56,848 nucleotides of DNA from Nitrospirota bacterium (GTDB taxonomy: Bacteria > Nitrospirota > Thermodesulfovibrionia > Thermodesulfovibrionales > Dissulfurispiraceae), in contig JBFMCP010000008.1 in assembly GCA_040754455.1 (NCBI GenBank), forward strand, positions 33,483 to 90,330, in the 5' to 3' direction. The position numbers were made by a program, and so were the translations under genes. Shown in pieces: positions 47,228 to 56,848 of this stretch. Within the stretch, counting starts at the first letter, position 1. Every line of letters starts with the position of its first letter. The notes under the pieces were generated by a model. It searched no databases. It had not been told where the DNA came from and saw only the letters and a list, made by a program, of their open reading frames with translations.

Positions 47228-47731
47228 ATGCTGCTAAAGGGCAAAGTCTGGAGATTCGGCGATGATATCGACACCGACGCCATCATTCCCGCACGTTATC
47301 TTAATACGTCTGATCCGAAAGAGCTTGCGCGCCATGTCATGGAAGACGCGGACAAGGATTTCCCGGGCAAGGTTAAGGCGGGCGATCTTATTGTTGCAGG
47401 AAAGAACTTCGGCTGCGGCTCATCCCGCGAGCATGCGCCGATCGCCATAAAAGCCGCCGGTATCCAGGCGGTCGTTGCGAAGAGTTTCGCACGGATTTTC
47501 TACCGGAACGCCTTCAATATCGGGCTCCCCATCTTTGAGTCTGAAGAGGCCTCGGAAAAGATCAAAGAGGGAGATACTATCGAGGTCGATGCTGACAGGG
47601 GAATCATAAAGAACATTACCACCGGCGAGCGGTATACCGCGAAGCCGATTCCTCCCTTCATGCAGGAGCTGATCGCTTCCGGAGGCTTGATCGAGTGGAC
47701 AAAGAAGAGACTGAAGGGAGCGGCGGCATGA
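47228..47731 (+). CDS. leuD: 3-isopropylmalate dehydratase small subunit
   Basis: [26 protein letters not shown]. Confidence 0.93.
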   Translation: MLLKGKVWRFGDDIDTDAIIPARYLNTSDPKELARHVMEDADKDFPGKVKAGDLIVAGKNFGCGSSREHAPIAIKAAGIQAVVAKSFARIFYRNAFNIGLPIFESEEASEKIKEGDTIEVDADRGIIKNITTGERYTAKPIPPFMQELIASGGLIEWTKKRLKGAAA

Positions 47732-48804
47732 GCAAAACATACAACATTGCGGTAATCCCCGGTGACGGAACGGGACCGGAAGTCGTAGCAGAGGGCATTA
47801 AAGTCCTCAACGCCGCTTCGACAAAGTTCGGGTTTAAGCTCGAGTACACAAAGTTCGACTTCGGCGGCGAGCGCTACTTAAAGACTGGTGAGACGCTCCC
47901 CGACAGTGCGATCGAAGAATTCAGGAAGTTCGATTCGATCTTCCTTGGCGCCATTGGCCACCCTGACGTAAAACCCGGCATTCTCGAAACAGGAATTCTT
48001 CTCAAGATACGTTTTGCCCTCGACCAGTACATCAATCTCAGGCCGGTGAAGCTCTACCCCAATGTGGAGACCCCGCTCAAGGACAAGGGCCCGGAGCATA
48101 TTGATTTCGTTGTCATTCGCGAGAATACGGGCGGCATCTATACGGGTCACGGCGGGGCGACGCGCGTGGGCACTCCTGATGAAATCGCCACGCAGTTGAT
48201 GATTTACGACCGCCGCACTGTAGACCGCTGCCTGAAATATGCATTTGAACTGAAGAAAAAACGCAACGCAAAGGACAAAAAGTACGCTGAAAAGCCGATT
48301 ACGCTCATCCACAAACGGAATGTCCTTACCCATGCCGGCGACCTCTGGTACCGCGCGTTTGAAGAAATGGGCTCGAAGCAGTATCCTGATCTCAAGCGTG
48401 ACTACAACCACGTCGACGCGGCGAATATGTGGTTTGTGAAGAACCCCGAATGGTTCGACGTAACGGTTACGGAAAACCTCTTCGGCGATATTATTACCGA
48501 CCTCGGGGCTATGATCCAGGGCGGGCTTGGTGTAGCAGCCGGCGGGAATATCAACCCCGAAGGGGTTTCGATGTTCGAGCCGATGGGCGGCAGCGCGCCG
48601 AAGTATACCGGCCAGAACATCATTAACCCCATGGCAGCGATCGGCGCTGCGATGATGATGCTCGACACCCTTGGCGAGGCAAAGGCCGCACAGGCGATCG
48701 AGACAGCCATGATGGAAGTAATGAAGAAGATGAAAAGCCAGGCTGCCGGGAAGATGGGCTATTCGACCACCGAAATCGGAGACCTGGTGGCAGGTTTGGT
48801 TTAA
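47728..48804 (+). CDS. leuB: 3-isopropylmalate dehydrogenase
   Basis: [31 protein letters not shown]. Confidence 0.9.
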   Translation: MSKTYNIAVIPGDGTGPEVVAEGIKVLNAASTKFGFKLEYTKFDFGGERYLKTGETLPDSAIEEFRKFDSIFLGAIGHPDVKPGILETGILLKIRFALDQYINLRPVKLYPNVETPLKDKGPEHIDFVVIRENTGGIYTGHGGATRVGTPDEIATQLMIYDRRTVDRCLKYAFELKKKRNAKDKKYAEKPITLIHKRNVLTHAGDLWYRAFEEMGSKQYPDLKRDYNHVDAANMWFVKNPEWFDVTVTENLFGDIITDLGAMIQGGLGVAAGGNINPEGVSMFEPMGGSAPKYTGQNIINPMAAIGAAMMMLDTLGEAKAAQAIETAMMEVMKKMKSQAAGKMGYSTTEIGDLVAGLV

Positions 48805-48868
48805 TGTCATTCCCGCGAAAGCGGGAATCCAGAAAGCCTCTGGATTCCGGACCAAGTCCGGAATGACA
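48805..48868. repeat. REP-like palindromic element
   Basis: TGTCATTCCCGCGAAAGCGGGAATCCAG..CTGGATTCCGGACCAAGTCCGGAATGACA. Confidence 0.85.
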
Positions 48869-48930
48869 GGTTCAGATCAAATAAAATTATTGGACGAACA
48901 GAATCTTTTCCAAAGGTAGGGAGTAGAATA

Positions 48931-50043
48931 ATGATGCGAGTAGGTTTTGTAGGATGGCGCGGCATGGTGGGCTCAGTGCTCATGGGCCGCATGCGCGAGG
49001 AAAAGGATTTCGATTTCGTCGAGCCGGTGTTTTTTACGACCTCGAATGTGGGCGGAAAGGCTCCGGAGGTCGGCAAAAGCGCTCCGGCGCTCAAGGATGC
49101 GAAGAGCATCGACGAGCTCAAAGCAATGGACGCTGTTGTTTCCTGCCAGGGCGGCGACTACACGAACGATGTATATCCCAAGCTGCGTGCCGCGGGATGG
49201 AAAGGCTACTGGATCGATGCTGCCTCGACCCTTCGCATGGAAAAAGATGCCATTATTGTCCTTGACCCGGTTAACCTGAAGGTCATTAAAGATGGCTTGG
49301 CAAAAGGCATCAGGAACTACATCGGCGGCAATTGCACCGTGTCCCTGATGCTCATGGCACTGGGTGGTCTGTATGAGCGGGGACTTGTTGAATGGATGAG
49401 CGCCATGACCTATCAGGCTGCTTCGGGAGCAGGCGCGAACAACATGCGCGAGCTGCTCAAGCAGATGGGCTCTGCTCACAACTCGGTGAAAAGCCTTCTT
49501 GAAGACCCATCAAGCGCTATTCTCGAGATTGACCGCACGGTAGCCGAACATGTCCGCTCCGATGCATATCCAAAGGAGTTCTTCGGCGTGCCGCTGGCCT
49601 GCTCGATTATTCCCTGGATCGACAAGCAGCTTGAAAACGGCCAGAGCAGAGAGGAGTGGAAAGGCCAGGCCGAGACGAATAAAATTCTGGGCCGTGAGGG
49701 CAATCCTATTCCCATTGACGGCACCTGCGTCCGCGTCGGTGCAATGCGCTGCCATAGCCAGGCACTCACGATTAAGCTCACGCAGGACGTACCGCTGGAT
49801 GAAATTACCGACATTATTTCTCAACACAATAAATGGGTGAAAGTAGTTCCGAATCAGCGCGAGGTTACGATCAGAGAACTGACGCCGGCGGCTATTACTG
49901 GAACGCTTACTGTGCCTGTCGGCCGCTTGCGCAAGATGAACATGGGGCCGACATTCCTCAATGCATTCACCTGCGGCGACCAGCTCCTGTGGGGTGCTGC
50001 GGAGCCACTCAGGCGCATGCTCCGCATTCTGGTAGAACAATAA
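48931..50043 (+). CDS. asd: Aspartate-semialdehyde dehydrogenase (E. coli-like type)
   Basis: [29 protein letters not shown]. Confidence 0.95.
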   Translation: MMRVGFVGWRGMVGSVLMGRMREEKDFDFVEPVFFTTSNVGGKAPEVGKSAPALKDAKSIDELKAMDAVVSCQGGDYTNDVYPKLRAAGWKGYWIDAASTLRMEKDAIIVLDPVNLKVIKDGLAKGIRNYIGGNCTVSLMLMALGGLYERGLVEWMSAMTYQAASGAGANNMRELLKQMGSAHNSVKSLLEDPSSAILEIDRTVAEHVRSDAYPKEFFGVPLACSIIPWIDKQLENGQSREEWKGQAETNKILGREGNPIPIDGTCVRVGAMRCHSQALTIKLTQDVPLDEITDIISQHNKWVKVVPNQREVTIRELTPAAITGTLTVPVGRLRKMNMGPTFLNAFTCGDQLLWGAAEPLRRMLRILVEQ

Positions 50044-50046
50044 GGA

Positions 50047-51069
50047 ATGCTCAAAAAGAAAGACACATATGTCATTGCTGTAGTAGGTGCTACCGGAGCA
50101 GTCGGGAACGAAATAATCTCGATCCTCGAAGAGCGGGAGTTCCCGGTCGAAAAACTGAGGCTCTTTGCATCCGAGCGGTCCGAGGGGAAGACGCTCGAGT
50201 TCGAGGGCAGCGAGATACCGGTGGAAACCCTTCAGGAGGACTCTTTTCGAGGAATTGATATTGCGCTGTTCTCAGCCGGTGCGGAGCGGTCGAGGATATG
50301 GTCGCCTGTTGCGGCACAATCTGGCTGTGTTGTCGTGGACAATTCGAGCCAGTGGAGAATGGACCCCGAGGTCCCTCTCGTTGTCCCCGAGGTGAACCCC
50401 GATGACCTGAGATGGCATAAAGGAATCATCGCCAATCCCAACTGCTCGACGATTCAGATGGTGGTGGCACTGAAGCCGATCCATGATGCGGCAAAGATAA
50501 AGAGAGTTGTGGTGACCACATTCCAGGCGGTATCCGGCACCGGGAAAAGGGCGATGGATGAGCTCCTGCAGCAGACAACTGACCTTCTGAACTTCAAAGA
50601 GATCAAATGCAACGTCTACCCCCATCAGATCGCTTTCAATGTGCTGCCGCACATTGATAAATTCCTCGAGAACGGCTACACCAAAGAAGAGATGAAGATG
50701 GTGCACGAGACAAAAAAGATCATGGGCGATACTACCATAAAGGTCACTGCCACGGCGGTCAGGGTGCCCGTATTCAGGGGACATTCGGAATCGGTTAATA
50801 TAGAGACCGGGAAGAAACTTACGTCCAATGAAGTGCGAGAGCTCCTTTCGAAAGCTCCCGGCATTACCATCTACGATGCGCCGGAGAAGAATGCCTATCC
50901 TCTCCCTGTTGATGTCGCGGGCAAAGACGATATCTACGTGGGGAGGATCAGGGAGGACGAATCCATTGAAAATGGCATCACTATGTGGATTGTCGCTGAT
51001 AATCTGCGGAAAGGCGCAGCACTGAATGCGGTGCAGATCGCCGAAGAATTGATAAAACAGGCAATATAA
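50047..51069 (+). CDS. asd: Aspartate-semialdehyde dehydrogenase (second, short type)
   Basis: GATGAVG, ANPNCSTIQ, RVPVFRGH, DNLRKGAA. Confidence 0.92.
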   Translation: MLKKKDTYVIAVVGATGAVGNEIISILEEREFPVEKLRLFASERSEGKTLEFEGSEIPVETLQEDSFRGIDIALFSAGAERSRIWSPVAAQSGCVVVDNSSQWRMDPEVPLVVPEVNPDDLRWHKGIIANPNCSTIQMVVALKPIHDAAKIKRVVVTTFQAVSGTGKRAMDELLQQTTDLLNFKEIKCNVYPHQIAFNVLPHIDKFLENGYTKEEMKMVHETKKIMGDTTIKVTATAVRVPVFRGHSESVNIETGKKLTSNEVRELLSKAPGITIYDAPEKNAYPLPVDVAGKDDIYVGRIREDESIENGITMWIVADNLRKGAALNAVQIAEELIKQAI

Positions 51070-51133
51070 TTTAAGCTTTAAAGATGTGAGTACATAGATT
51101 AATTTTCCTAAAAGAGGACAGCGGAGGGAAGTC

Positions 51134-52297
51134 ATGGCAAATGGAAGAAACAACAGGAATTATTTATTTACATCTGAATCGGTGACCGAAGGGCATCCTG
51201 ACAAGATCGCCGACCAGATATCGGACGCCGTACTTGACGCAATCATCGGGCAGGACCCTATGGCACGGGTTGCCTGTGAATGTCTTGTGACTACAGGAAT
51301 GGCGTTTGTTGCGGGAGAGATTACCACAAACTGCTATGTCCATATCCCCGACATCGTACGGGAGACCATCAAGGACATCGGATATACACGGGCGAAATAC
51401 GGCTTCGACTATGAAACGTGTGCAGTCATTACGTCCATTGATAAACAATCTGCGGATATTGCAATGGGTGTTGATGTCGGCGGCGCCGGAGACCAGGGGT
51501 TGATGTTCGGCTTTGCCTGCGATGAAACCCCCGAGATGATGCCCATGACCATCATGCTTGCGCACAAGCTCACCAGGAAGCTGACCGAGGTGAGGAAGAA
51601 AGATGTACTCGGCTATCTCCGTCCTGACGGGAAGTCGCAGGTCTCCATCGAATACAAGGACGGTAAGCCGCATAAGGTTAGGACCGTTGTCATTTCCTCC
51701 CAGCACAGCCCTGACGTCACTCTTAAAGAGCTGAGGGAGGATATCATTGAGAAGGTCATCAAGCCGATCATTCCCAAAGAACTGCTCGATGAGGAGGCCG
51801 TTACGTATCATATCAACCCTACCGGCAGATTCGTTATCGGCGGCCCTCAGGGAGACACCGGACTGACCGGAAGAAAGATCATCGTCGACACCTATGGCGG
51901 CGTCGGCAGTCACGGCGGAGGAGCTTTTTCCGGCAAGGACCCCTCAAAGGTCGACCGGTCCGCTTCATATATGGCGCGGTATATTGCAAAGAACATCGTT
52001 GCAGCAGGCATTGCAGCGCGCTGTGAAATCCAGCTTGCCTACGCAATCGGCGTGCCCGAGCCGGTTTCGGTCTTTGTCGACACCTTCGGCACCGGCAAGA
52101 TAGACGAAAATGAAATATCAAAGATCATCGTAAAGAACTTCGATATGACCCCGAAAGGCATTATTGAAAAACTCCAGTTGAGGAGACCGATCTACAAAAA
52201 GACCGCCGCATACGGTCACTTCGGAAGGAACGAAGAAGGATTCACCTGGGAAGCGACCGATATGGCAGCATCACTGAAGAAGGCAGCAGGACTATAA
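51134..52297 (+). CDS. metK: S-adenosylmethionine synthetase
   Basis: [28 protein letters not shown]. Confidence 0.98.
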   Translation: MANGRNNRNYLFTSESVTEGHPDKIADQISDAVLDAIIGQDPMARVACECLVTTGMAFVAGEITTNCYVHIPDIVRETIKDIGYTRAKYGFDYETCAVITSIDKQSADIAMGVDVGGAGDQGLMFGFACDETPEMMPMTIMLAHKLTRKLTEVRKKDVLGYLRPDGKSQVSIEYKDGKPHKVRTVVISSQHSPDVTLKELREDIIEKVIKPIIPKELLDEEAVTYHINPTGRFVIGGPQGDTGLTGRKIIVDTYGGVGSHGGGAFSGKDPSKVDRSASYMARYIAKNIVAAGIAARCEIQLAYAIGVPEPVSVFVDTFGTGKIDENEISKIIVKNFDMTPKGIIEKLQLRRPIYKKTAAYGHFGRNEEGFTWEATDMAASLKKAAGL

Positions 52298-52299
52298 TA

Positions 52300-52360
52300 A
52301 AATTCTAAATCCTAATATCTAAACTCTAAACAATATGGTTTAAGATTTCGGATTTAGCAT
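52300..52360. repeat. Heptamer-repeat hairpin element
   Basis: AAATTCT AAATCCT AATATCT AAACTCT followed by complementary AAGATTT CGGATTT. Confidence 0.6.
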
Positions 52361-52376
52361 TATAATCGGAGGATGA

Positions 52377-53636
<1,260 letters not shown>

Positions 53637-53662
53637 TACAGAGGAAGAACAGATTGCCGCGG

Positions 53663-53690
53663 AAAAGGGGAGCGTGTGCTCCCCTTTTTT
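53663..53690 (+). terminator. Intrinsic (bidirectional) terminator
   Basis: AAAAGGGGAGC-GTGT-GCTCCCCTTTTTT. Confidence 0.85.
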
Positions 53691-53834
53691 AACCTCACTC
53701 TACTATCAACAGGAATCACCGCAGTCACTTCGTGGCAACTTTCAGGGGTACCGCCTTGCGAATCGGTTCTTTTTATTCGCTCAAGTATAGCAAATTTCTC
53801 CTCTGGTATAATAATCAGATAGAGCGATGCATTC

Positions 53835-54896
53835 ATGAAAAAGACCAATCTCAAGGCCCTTACCAAACAGGAACTGGAATCTTTTGTCAATGGATCCGGC
53901 CTGCCTGCCTACCGGACGAAACAGATCCTACACTGGATCTATGAGAAATATGCCCGATCGGTTCAGGATATTACCGAACTCTCGAAAGACCTGAGAGAGG
54001 GCCTTTCAGCGCACGCATATATAAGCAATCTCGAGCTGATCAACAGACAGATATCGGACGACGGCACTGAGAAGTTCCTCTTCGGCCTCGAAGACGGAGA
54101 GAGCATCGAAAGCGTGCTCATCCCCGATGAGGCCCGCCTGACGCTCTGCATCTCGTCACAGGTAGGCTGTGCGATGTGCTGCCGGTTCTGCCTGACCGGC
54201 ACCATGGGGTTGAAGCGGAACCTCGAGGCCCATGAAATCGTTGATCAGGTTATATCGGTAAACAGAACCATCGCGCCGAGGAGAGTCACCAATATCGTTC
54301 TGATGGGCATGGGAGAGCCGCTTGCCAACTTTGATAACGTTGTCGAGGCCCTCTGGAGAATCTCGGAGCTGGTGAAGATCTCTTCGAAGAGGATTACCCT
54401 CTCCACCTCGGGTCTTGCGCCGAAGATTCTCGAACTTGCAAAGAAAGGGCCGAAGGTGAAGCTTGCCGTATCGCTTAACGCCACAACCGATGAGGTGCGG
54501 AACTATATAATGCCGGTAAACCGGACCCATCCGCTCGAGGTGCTGCTCGATGCCTGTCGCAAGTTCCCGCTTCCGGCAGGGAGAAGAATCACGTTCGAAT
54601 ACGTTCTTCTCAAAGGAGTAAACGACTCATTGGAGGATGCGAGAAGGCTCATACAGCTTTTGAAAGGGATACCCTCGAAGATAAACCTCATACCCTTCAA
54701 CCCTTATCCCGGCTCTGAATTCCAGCGGCCGGACGAGCGACGTGTCCTCGAATTCCAGAAGGTCCTCATCAATGCTCATATGACTGCTATTATTCGCAAG
54801 AGCAAAGGTCAGGACATCCTTGCCGCCTGCGGACAGCTGAAAGCGAAATACAGCGCCGAAGACAGGAACGGTCCGGCGACCGGCGCTCCTCGATAA
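53835..54896 (+). CDS. rlmN: 23S rRNA/tRNA m2A methyltransferase
   Basis: CISSQVGC..CRFC, MGMGEP, AACGQL. Confidence 0.95.
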   Translation: MKKTNLKALTKQELESFVNGSGLPAYRTKQILHWIYEKYARSVQDITELSKDLREGLSAHAYISNLELINRQISDDGTEKFLFGLEDGESIESVLIPDEARLTLCISSQVGCAMCCRFCLTGTMGLKRNLEAHEIVDQVISVNRTIAPRRVTNIVLMGMGEPLANFDNVVEALWRISELVKISSKRITLSTSGLAPKILELAKKGPKVKLAVSLNATTDEVRNYIMPVNRTHPLEVLLDACRKFPLPAGRRITFEYVLLKGVNDSLEDARRLIQLLKGIPSKINLIPFNPYPGSEFQRPDERRVLEFQKVLINAHMTAIIRKSKGQDILAACGQLKAKYSAEDRNGPATGAPR

Positions 54897-54940
54897 AGAG
54901 TTGCCCCTTTCAGTAAAAAGTTGCTAATATATTAGTTGCT

Positions 54941-55423
54941 ATGAGAACACTCGACCAGTCTACAGATATTTTAGTTAAAGATGTGATGACGGCGAATGTC
55001 GTCTGTGTCCGGAAATACGATGCAATAAGCCAGGTCATTCAAACGCTCTCGGAACTCAACATAGGCGGATTGCCTGTTGTTGATAACGAGAACCGTGTTG
55101 TCGGCATTATCTCCGAAGCCGATATCCTCTCCGCAATGGGTATCGAGAAAGAACCTACCTTCAGGAATATCCTGAAACATATGTTCGGAGAGAAGTTGCC
55201 GGAGCGGAAACTCGGGGATATCGTCGGAGATATCATGACCTCTCCTGCAGTGACGGTGCGGGCCGATGCCGACCTGAGCGTGGCAGCACAGGCGATGCAC
55301 GAGAAACGGATCAGAAGGCTTCCCGTGGTTGATGCAGAGAACAGGTTGGTCGGTATTGTTTCGAGGAGAGACATCATAAGGGCGATCAGCAGGAAGCAGA
55401 TCGACCTTTGGAAAAGGCACTAA
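54941..55423 (+). CDS. CBS-pair protein
   Basis: Two LPVVD..VGI.S..D repeats. Confidence 0.9.
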   Translation: MRTLDQSTDILVKDVMTANVVCVRKYDAISQVIQTLSELNIGGLPVVDNENRVVGIISEADILSAMGIEKEPTFRNILKHMFGEKLPERKLGDIVGDIMTSPAVTVRADADLSVAAQAMHEKRIRRLPVVDAENRLVGIVSRRDIIRAISRKQIDLWKRH

Positions 55424-55560
55424 GAGGGCTGTTTCAGCTCTCACCCTCTCTCGGGAACGGTCGTTATACCATCGGTTACAGTCGGCCGCGTAGGGACAGG
55501 GGAGTTGTCAGATCAAGTCTTGACAAGTACAAATTATATCATAGCCTGAAATGTTCTATA

Positions 55561-55590
55561 AAAAAGCCTGCGAGATGGCCGCAGGCTTTT
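55561..55590. terminator. Bidirectional terminator
   Basis: AAAAAGCCTGCG..CGCAGGCTTTT. Confidence 0.8.
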
Positions 55591-55712
55591 GAATTCTTTG
55601 CTTCCGCACTCCTGATCTTTCGGTTTGCTCAGCTGAGAGCCTTGGTGTTGCCGTTCTTTTTTCCTTTGCTCCTATTTACACATTCACCGATTTACCTGAT
55701 GCCTGTTCCGTG

Positions 55713-56486
55713 TTATTTCGCTTCTTTACGCTTCAGTGTCTGCTCCATCATAAGAATGAATTTGGCGTAATCGAAGCCGAATTTCATCATTTCGGTATCG
55801 TCCTTTTTCATCTTCTCCAGGCGTTCGGGTTCGATATCGAAATGCTCGAGGAACGTGCTCTCGAAGACAAAGTCCCTTAAACGGTCGACATCGTAGCAGG
55901 CCATATAGAACGCCTTCTGCTTCTTCTCATCGAGCGAGTGGCCGGGGAGGTTTCTCCTGAAGAGGATATCCTTCCATCCCCTGTTCATGTCGTCATAGAT
56001 ATCGACACCCTGATCGTCTCTCCAACTCCTGATGGTCCATTCCTGATCTTCGTTGAAGCCAAGGCAGTGTTCCTCTTTAACGAGGAAGTAGAACTCCTCG
56101 GTGATCGGCTGATTGAGCTTCTCGTCCATCTTCTTCAACGATGCCTGGCCTACCGGATAGTACCTGCAGTTCGCCGGACGGTCAGTGTAAATGGTGCATC
56201 CTTCGGAAGTGACAAAGGGACACTTCTTCTCGGCATCCTCATTCATTTTAAGAAATACGAACGGGTGGGAGGTCTTCTCATCGATATCAATGTACGTATA
56301 GTTGAGCAGGAACTGACCCGATAGGATGCCCAACCTGTTTTTCAACCTGACGATATCATAGGGGGTGAGCATGATCGCAATGCTGCTGCAGCATTTAGTG
56401 AAGCAGCCGATTCCTTTATGACATCTGAATTTGAACCGCGAATCTGGCGAGAGCCGCACCGGTTCTACATTCTTCATGCTTAACAT
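55713..56486 (-). CDS. YkgJ-family Cys-cluster protein
   Basis: C-x5-C-x3-CC, CPF..GCTIY..RP..CR.YP; GGAGG RBS before 56486. Confidence 0.88.
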   Translation of the reverse strand: MLSMKNVEPVRLSPDSRFKFRCHKGIGCFTKCCSSIAIMLTPYDIVRLKNRLGILSGQFLLNYTYIDIDEKTSHPFVFLKMNEDAEKKCPFVTSEGCTIYTDRPANCRYYPVGQASLKKMDEKLNQPITEEFYFLVKEEHCLGFNEDQEWTIRSWRDDQGVDIYDDMNRGWKDILFRRNLPGHSLDEKKQKAFYMACYDVDRLRDFVFESTFLEHFDIEPERLEKMKKDDTEMMKFGFDYAKFILMMEQTLKRKEAK

Positions 56487-56601
56487 AGTTGCCTCCAAAA
56501 GAAATAATTTCATTATTGTACCATGCGGAAAGCGCAAAGAGGGCATCCGAAAGATTTATACGAGTATAAGATATTGATTTCAAAAAGTACGACGATCACC
56601 C

Positions 56602-56630
56602 TTGACACGCTTTCGTGGATATGTTAAGTT
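56602..56630 (+). promoter_or_regulatory. rRNA operon sigma70 promoter
   Basis: TTGACA-N17-TAAGTT with extended TG. Confidence 0.8.
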
Positions 56631-56651
56631 AATACTCGTCGTTTGACGAAG

Positions 56652-56663
56652 TGTTCTTTGATA
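56652..56663 (+). promoter_or_regulatory. boxA antitermination signal
   Basis: TGTTCTTTGATA between the promoter and 16S. Confidence 0.75.
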
Positions 56664-56732
56664 ACTGCTAAATACGTGCGAGCGAGCCAACGTACATTCA
56701 GAAAAGTTTCGATTTGAAAGCTTCAGGAAAAG

Positions 56733-56848
56733 ACATTTGAGAGTTTGATCCTGGCTCAGAACGAACGCTGGCGGCGTGCTTAACACATGCAAGTCGGACG
56801 GAGTTAGACGGCAGCACTCAGCAGTTAGCATTCAGCGATCAGCAAAGA
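56733..56848 (+). rRNA. rrs: 16S rRNA 5' end (partial; start approximate)
   Basis: AGAGTTTGATCCTGGCTCAG at 56740, then GCTGGCGGCGTGCTTAACACATGCAAGTC. Confidence 0.97.

Noticed and set aside
47228..47731. leuD without an adjacent leuC
   Set aside because: Split leu operons are common; leuC may lie outside the window
53712..53770. Small structured element upstream of rlmN (possible riboswitch)
   Set aside because: No SAM/SAH or other riboswitch consensus recognised; stems are weak
54168..54191. Extra Cys in the RlmN cluster motif (CAMCCRFC)
   Set aside because: Single substitution at a variable position; CxxxCxxC spacing is intact

Overview
Bacterial chromosomal window; the gene content and the 16S 5' end suggest an anaerobe of the Nitrospirota/deltaproteobacterial type (inference). 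Housekeeping DNA flanks a ~19.9 kb integrative element (7273-27128) bounded by a 54-bp direct repeat of the tRNA-Lys(CTT) 3' half. The flanks carry two sigma54 two-component systems, apgM, a TatD-radical SAM fusion, hisS, divIVA, yggT, proC, yggS, dapL, folK, polX, miaA, leuD, leuB, two asd genes, metK, ahcY, rlmN and the start of an rRNA operon. The element encodes a tyrosine integrase with an unusual Cys-rich insertion, an excisionase, a phage-type Rep with intragenic iterons, a MOBF relaxase-helicase with a recognisable oriT/nic, a TrwB-like coupling protein, a ParM/ParR-like pair and a RelBE module. Its cargo is a triheme c7 cytochrome and several exported proteins. No mating-pair-formation or virion genes are recognisable, so it looks like a replicating integrative mobilizable element. 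The most notable feature is a small sigma-factor-like protein together with six same-geometry promoter-like motifs in two sequence classes upstream of six transcription units of the element, suggesting a private transcription programme. The element also holds several unexplained phased or palindromic site arrays. The 16S V1 region appears to begin a heptamer-repeat intervening sequence. All calls come from motif reading; no database search was possible.
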